Assembly: GCA_947306305.1 (NCBI GenBank)
Contig: CAMZGI010000001.1
Coordinates: 1,973 to 65,972, forward strand
Direction of reading: 5' to 3'
Source: an uncultured Fibrobacter sp.
Lineage (GTDB): Bacteria > Fibrobacterota > Fibrobacteria > Fibrobacterales > Fibrobacteraceae
DNA length: 64,000 nt
The notes below the pieces were generated by a model. It was not told where the DNA came from. It was given only the letters and a program-made list of their open reading frames with translations, and did no database searches. Made by a program: the position numbers and the translations under genes. Shown here piece after piece: positions 60,043-64,000 of this stretch (the first letter of the stretch is position 1; the number at the start of each line of letters is the position of its first letter).

Positions 60043-60100
60043 TGTTTGGTACTCCTGTTTTTTGTGTTGCTGTTCTTCTTTCCCTCTTGGGATATTTGTT

Positions 60101-60128
60101 ATTATAGTTATGTTTTCGGCTTGGTCAA
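60101..60128 (-). promoter_or_regulatory. Early sigma70-like promoter
   Basis: TTGACC-16-TATAAT. Confidence 0.65.
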
Positions 60129-60279
60129 TACCTATCCTTAATATTTTTTAAGATTTTATTTATAACAAGTAAGTTAAAAAGCGGTTTCGCTCTTGTTTTA
60201 TAGGGGTTTCGCGTGAAAAAAATTTTTTAAAATTTTTCTGCGTGGAGTGGTTTTCTGGTCGTTTTTGGGTGGTTTCGTG

Positions 60280-60462
60280 GGTTCCGGCGGGGCTATTTTT
60301 TTAGTTTGGCGCGGTTCTAACGTGCGGGCGCGATATGTTCCGGCGGTGGTTCCGGCGGGGCTGATTTTTTAATTTTCGGCGGTTCTAATAGGCGCGTGTG
60401 ATATGATGCTGCGGGGGTGATTTTTTTAATTTCGTTTTGTTCTAACAGGCGCGTACGATAGG
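60280..60462. repeat. Three degenerate ~60-bp tandem repeats (fourth copy at 56029-56072)
   Basis: GCGGGG..ATTTTTT(T)A...GTTCTAACAGGCGCGTACGAT consensus. Confidence 0.75.
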
Positions 60463-60895
60463 GTGGGATCGGCGTTTTTTCGGGCGTGCTGCGCTTCGCG
60501 TGTTTGGTTTTTTCGGCGGTTTTTTCGGGTGCTTTTTTCGGTCTCCCCTCTCCCCCTCTACCCTCTCTTTTTTCGGTGGCTTGTCGCGTTCCTTCCCCCC
60601 TCTACCCTCTCCCCTTGTTGCGCCTCTTGTCGCGCCTCTTGCCTCTCTCCGTTCCTTCCCCTGTTCCTACTTGCCACTAGTGGCAAGAGAGAACAGAGAA
60701 CAGGAGAGAGGGAAGGAAGGAACAGAGAACAGAGAACAGGAGAGAGGGGGCTATATTGCCCCCTAGAATGAGAACAGAGAACAGGGGGTATATTATCACC
60801 TATCGGCGGTTAAAACGCATAGGGGGCAATATTGGCAAGATTAGAGGGTATCGGATCGAAACAGGAGAACAGGAGAACAGAGAACAGGAGAACAC

Positions 60896-60923
60896 AAAAA
60901 AAGCCCCCTCTATGAGAGGGGGC
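60896..60923 (-). terminator. Rho-independent terminator
   Basis: GCCCCCTC/GAGGGGGC stem followed by T7 on - strand. Confidence 0.8.
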
Positions 60924-60962
60924 AAGAGTAACGAGTAGGAAGGGGGAGAGGCGTTCTATTCC

Positions 60963-62117
60963 CTATTGCTGATTAAAGTAAGCAATCGCGTTTTTAAGGG
61001 CTTCCCTTCCCCTCTCCCCTTTAGCTCCATATCGGAAAACTCCCCCTAAATCAGCGCGGAAGCTCCAGTTATGGGAAGTCAAAAAGGCGTGATATTTTTC
61101 GGGGGTATCGGCAAATATAAGGTATTTTTTATCGCTGATGTCGTGATAAACCTTTACCCCCTTGCCACTATTGCTATATAGTTCTATTGCCCCCCTAGTA
61201 TCTTGCCGAAAAGACTGTTTCGGAGTCTTTCGTTTCCGCGCCTTTTCTGCCTCTCTTGCCTCTTTATCAATAGCTTTCTGGAGCGCGGTTTTAGGGGCTT
61301 TTATTGCCTTGTCGCGTGCCTCTTTCCGCGCTTGCCTCTCTCTGATTAGAGTCTCAAGCTCAGAGTCTTTAACCGCCGAAAAATTCCAGTAAAACGGGGG
61401 TGTATAATCGTCGGAGTACTTGCCCCTCAGCTTCTCTAACTGAATAGAGGTATCTTTATATCGGAGGGGGGAAGGTATAGCAGGGATCGTTAGTCCAGGT
61501 ACTAACCTTGCCGATAATGTTCTATTCTCTCCCACTAACAGGTTAGTGGGATTGTGTGTTAGTTCTAGTTGGTCGAATAATTCCAGATTGTAGCAATACT
61601 GGATTTCAGTACCAACAAGCTCAACGTCGAAACAGGATCGATCGTAAGGCAGGAGAGAAGCTTTCTCTTCAGCTTCCCTCTGATACCGCGCCTCTATCCC
61701 CCTGTATATCGTTTCGTACTCCGTTTGACTAATTGCCCCCTCTTCAAGTTTATCGGCAAGCTCGGTTATATCTTTTTGATACTCTTCCGAAAAGCAATAG
61801 GAGAGATTTGATGCGCGCTCTTTCCGCTCTCTTCCTAATCGGAAATCCTCTCTAATCCTCTTGTAAACCGTATCAAGAGAGCCTAAACAGATCGGTACGG
61901 TCAGCTTGGAACAGTCAAGATCGACAAGCTCGTACTCTACCTTGCCTCTGAGGCGTGCCTTGTCTCTTGTCTCCCCGTGTTTGCAATACGGATCGGATAT
62001 AGCAACAAGCTGATAATTAGGGGTGATAAAGAGGTACACCCCGTGTACCTTTTCGCCCCTTTTAACCGCCGATTTTAGCGTACTCAGCTTCTTGAAAAAT
62101 GATTGCATACTTTCCAT
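60963..62117 (-). CDS. Hypothetical 384-aa protein in motif-depleted terminal block
   Basis: Long ORF bounded by promoter and terminator; no recognised domain. Confidence 0.75.
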   Translation of the reverse strand: MESMQSFFKKLSTLKSAVKRGEKVHGVYLFITPNYQLVAISDPYCKHGETRDKARLRGKVEYELVDLDCSKLTVPICLGSLDTVYKRIREDFRLGRERKERASNLSYCFSEEYQKDITELADKLEEGAISQTEYETIYRGIEARYQREAEEKASLLPYDRSCFDVELVGTEIQYCYNLELFDQLELTHNPTNLLVGENRTLSARLVPGLTIPAIPSPLRYKDTSIQLEKLRGKYSDDYTPPFYWNFSAVKDSELETLIRERQARKEARDKAIKAPKTALQKAIDKEAREAEKARKRKTPKQSFRQDTRGAIELYSNSGKGVKVYHDISDKKYLIFADTPEKYHAFLTSHNWSFRADLGGVFRYGAKGERGREALKNAIAYFNQQ

Positions 62118-62139
62118 TATCGGTACCCTCTCTTTCTAA

Positions 62140-62421
62140 TTAGCAATACTTGTTAGCGAAAAGCTCTAGAGCTTCTCTAAGCTCTTCTTTATCGTAAGTT
62201 TTACCCTCTCCGATAAATCGGGAAGCAAGCTGAGCCTCTGCCCCTTCTATCCTGTTTTGAATATCGGGGGGAGTCAAAAAGCCTAGCTTCTTGTCTTGCT
62301 TAAGCTGTTCAATAGTGGCAAGGGGGCAATTTTCCGTATAGCGCGTTTCGGAGTCAAACCATTCCAGATAAATCGTACCCTTTACTTCCGCAACATCAAA
62401 ACCATAAACATCAAACATCAT
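62140..62421 (-). CDS. Hypothetical acidic protein
   Basis: AGGAG RBS, first gene after promoter. Confidence 0.7.
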   Translation of the reverse strand: MMFDVYGFDVAEVKGTIYLEWFDSETRYTENCPLATIEQLKQDKKLGFLTPPDIQNRIEGAEAQLASRFIGEGKTYDKEELREALELFANKYC

Positions 62422-62477
62422 TTTTAAAACTCCTATGGTTAGAATTTAATCCCCCTCTCCCCTATGCGCGTACCTAG

Positions 62478-62506
62478 AGTATATACTATTCTTTCGGTAT
62501 TGTAAA
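62478..62506 (-). promoter_or_regulatory. Sigma70-like promoter
   Basis: TTTACA-17-TATACT. Confidence 0.6.
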
Positions 62507-63552
62507 GAGGTTTTCTTAATAAAATCTAAAAAATGTTAAAAAACTTTTTAGGGGGGTATATTGCCCCCTTGCCTCTCTCTACCCTCTCCCCCTGTTCCTA
62601 GTCCAGTCTCGGGAAGGAGAACAGAGAACAGGGATCGGATCGGAGAGGGGGCAAGAGGGGAGTACCCCCTTGCCTCTGTTCCTTGCCTCTGTTCCTTCCC
62701 CCTGTTTCGGTCATCGGTCATCGGTCATCGGTATCGGGAAGGAGAACAGGAGAGAATATCGGGGGCAATAGTGGCAAGAGCGAAAAACAGGCTAAAAACA
62801 GCCCATCCCGTACGCTTAAGCTGAAATAGTACTTAAGCTATATATTAAAAATAATATATTAGGGTCTCCTGTTTCCGCAGCCTCGCGTACGCGTGCGCGT
62901 ACTATATAATGAGTAAAAACGCGAAATCGGCTTGCCCCTGGGCTATTTTACCTATTTTCCGCAAGCGTTTGAGCCTTTAAAACAAGGGGTTTCGAGGGTC
63001 TTATGATATACACCAAGCGCGGAAACGCCTTGTTTTCAGCAGTCTGAGAAACCTATCGGCGCGTAGGGTAAAAAAGTTTAGGCGGGGCAAAACTACCCAG
63101 AGTCTAGGGCGGGTCGCTTTTTTGCGCTTTCCGTGTTGCAAGGAACGGTCGAAACGGCGGTCGAAAAGCGGTCAGAGCCTTGAAAACAAGGCACTTGCGC
63201 GATGTTTAGGCTTTCCTAAACATTTTAGGTTCTCCGCGTGCAAAAATTCGGCGGGGGGCGGGCGAAAAGGTCACAAAGGGCGAAAAATTTTTGTTTGCTA
63301 GGATCGGGCGGGGTTTTCGGGCCTCCTGGGGCGGTCGTGACGACGGAAAACGGTGCCGGAACGCGCCGGGATGGGCCGTTTTTACCCCTCTGAAACCTGG
63401 GAATTTCCGGGGCAATCAGGGGCATTATCGGATATTTTCGAGGTATTCCTTTATATATATGGCGAAAAACGGAGTAAAAACGTGGGGCGTGAATATGGGT
63501 AGTTTACGGCGGTTCGGTAATGGAGATCGTGGTGGTGAGGGCGCGTTCCGGG

Positions 63553-63925
63553 TTATTGCTTTATTGCTGCATAATGCTTCAGAGGCGGTGATGCAATATT
63601 CGCTTTCGGGAGGGCAGAAGTTTATTGCTGCAGACCGGCGTGAGGCATTATTGAGGCATTATCGGGGCATTATCGCGTGAAGTTAGGTAACGTAGTGGAA
63701 TTGGGGAAATATTTTTAGGCGCAAAAGACGGTTCTGACCTGCGAAAGTTTATTGCTACAGGGTAATGTGAGGCAATAATGATGCAATATGAGGCAATAAA
63801 GCCTTTTTTGAGAGGGCAAAAGTTTATTGCTACAGGGCAATAAACTCTGTCTGTAGCAATAAAAACGGGGGTTTGAGTCTTTAAAATAAGGGGTTTGAGA
63901 GTTTATTGCTTTATTGTTATTGCAT
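63553..63925. repeat. Iteron-like direct and inverted (AAGT)TTATTGCT(ACAG) repeats
   Basis: Copies at 63553, 63561, 63618, 63745, 63820, 63900; inverted CTGTAGCAATAAA at 63851. Confidence 0.8.
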
Positions 63926-64000
63926 CACTATAGATATAATTTTTTTAAAATCTCTCTCTATATGGGTGTATTTTGCAATATTTACCTTAAGGGGCTGTAG

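Larger units (their letters stand above)
1..64000. mobile_element. Temperate tailed phage (lambda-like head, long non-contractile tail), excised/attP form
   Basis: Terminase, portal, capsid, tail, tape measure, int/xis, repressor, primase/helicase all present; no block of host housekeeping genes; no sheath gene. Confidence 0.95.

Noticed and set aside
60280-60462. CRISPR mini-array
   Set aside because: Repeats are degenerate, nearly contiguous, lack unique equal-length spacers, and no cas genes are present
60463-60938. Short ORFs in low-complexity DNA (also 62561-63680)
   Set aside because: Products merely translate repeats; no RBS or domain support

Overview
The whole window reads as one temperate siphovirus-like phage genome. 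It appears to be in the excised (non-integrated) configuration, because an intact attP has phage genes on both sides. The host is probably a planctomycete, inferred from the family style of the terminase and integrase and not verified. The + strand (1-28165) is the late arm: tail-fibre/adhesin genes, an unusual envelope module (small TM peptides, thioredoxin lipoprotein, dCTP deaminase, papain-like protease, holin-like protein), lambda-type terminase and portal, a fused prohead protease-major capsid protein, tail genes, tape measure, a low-GC tail-tip block and a GT25/radical-SAM fusion. The - strand (28175-62421) carries an MT-A70 methylase, thyX, attP (tRNA 3'-end core), int/xis, a beta clamp, primase, helicase, a CAP protein, a C5-methylase split over several frames, a resolvase/SSB/Sak4/exonuclease module and the repressor switch. 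It ends in a long array of small early genes including an ArdC-like protein and a ~3 kb block apparently purged of restriction motifs, next to a repeat-rich non-coding end. I found no canonical endolysin, CRISPR array, reverse transcriptase or complete tRNA. All calls come from motif recognition by eye; no searches were run.
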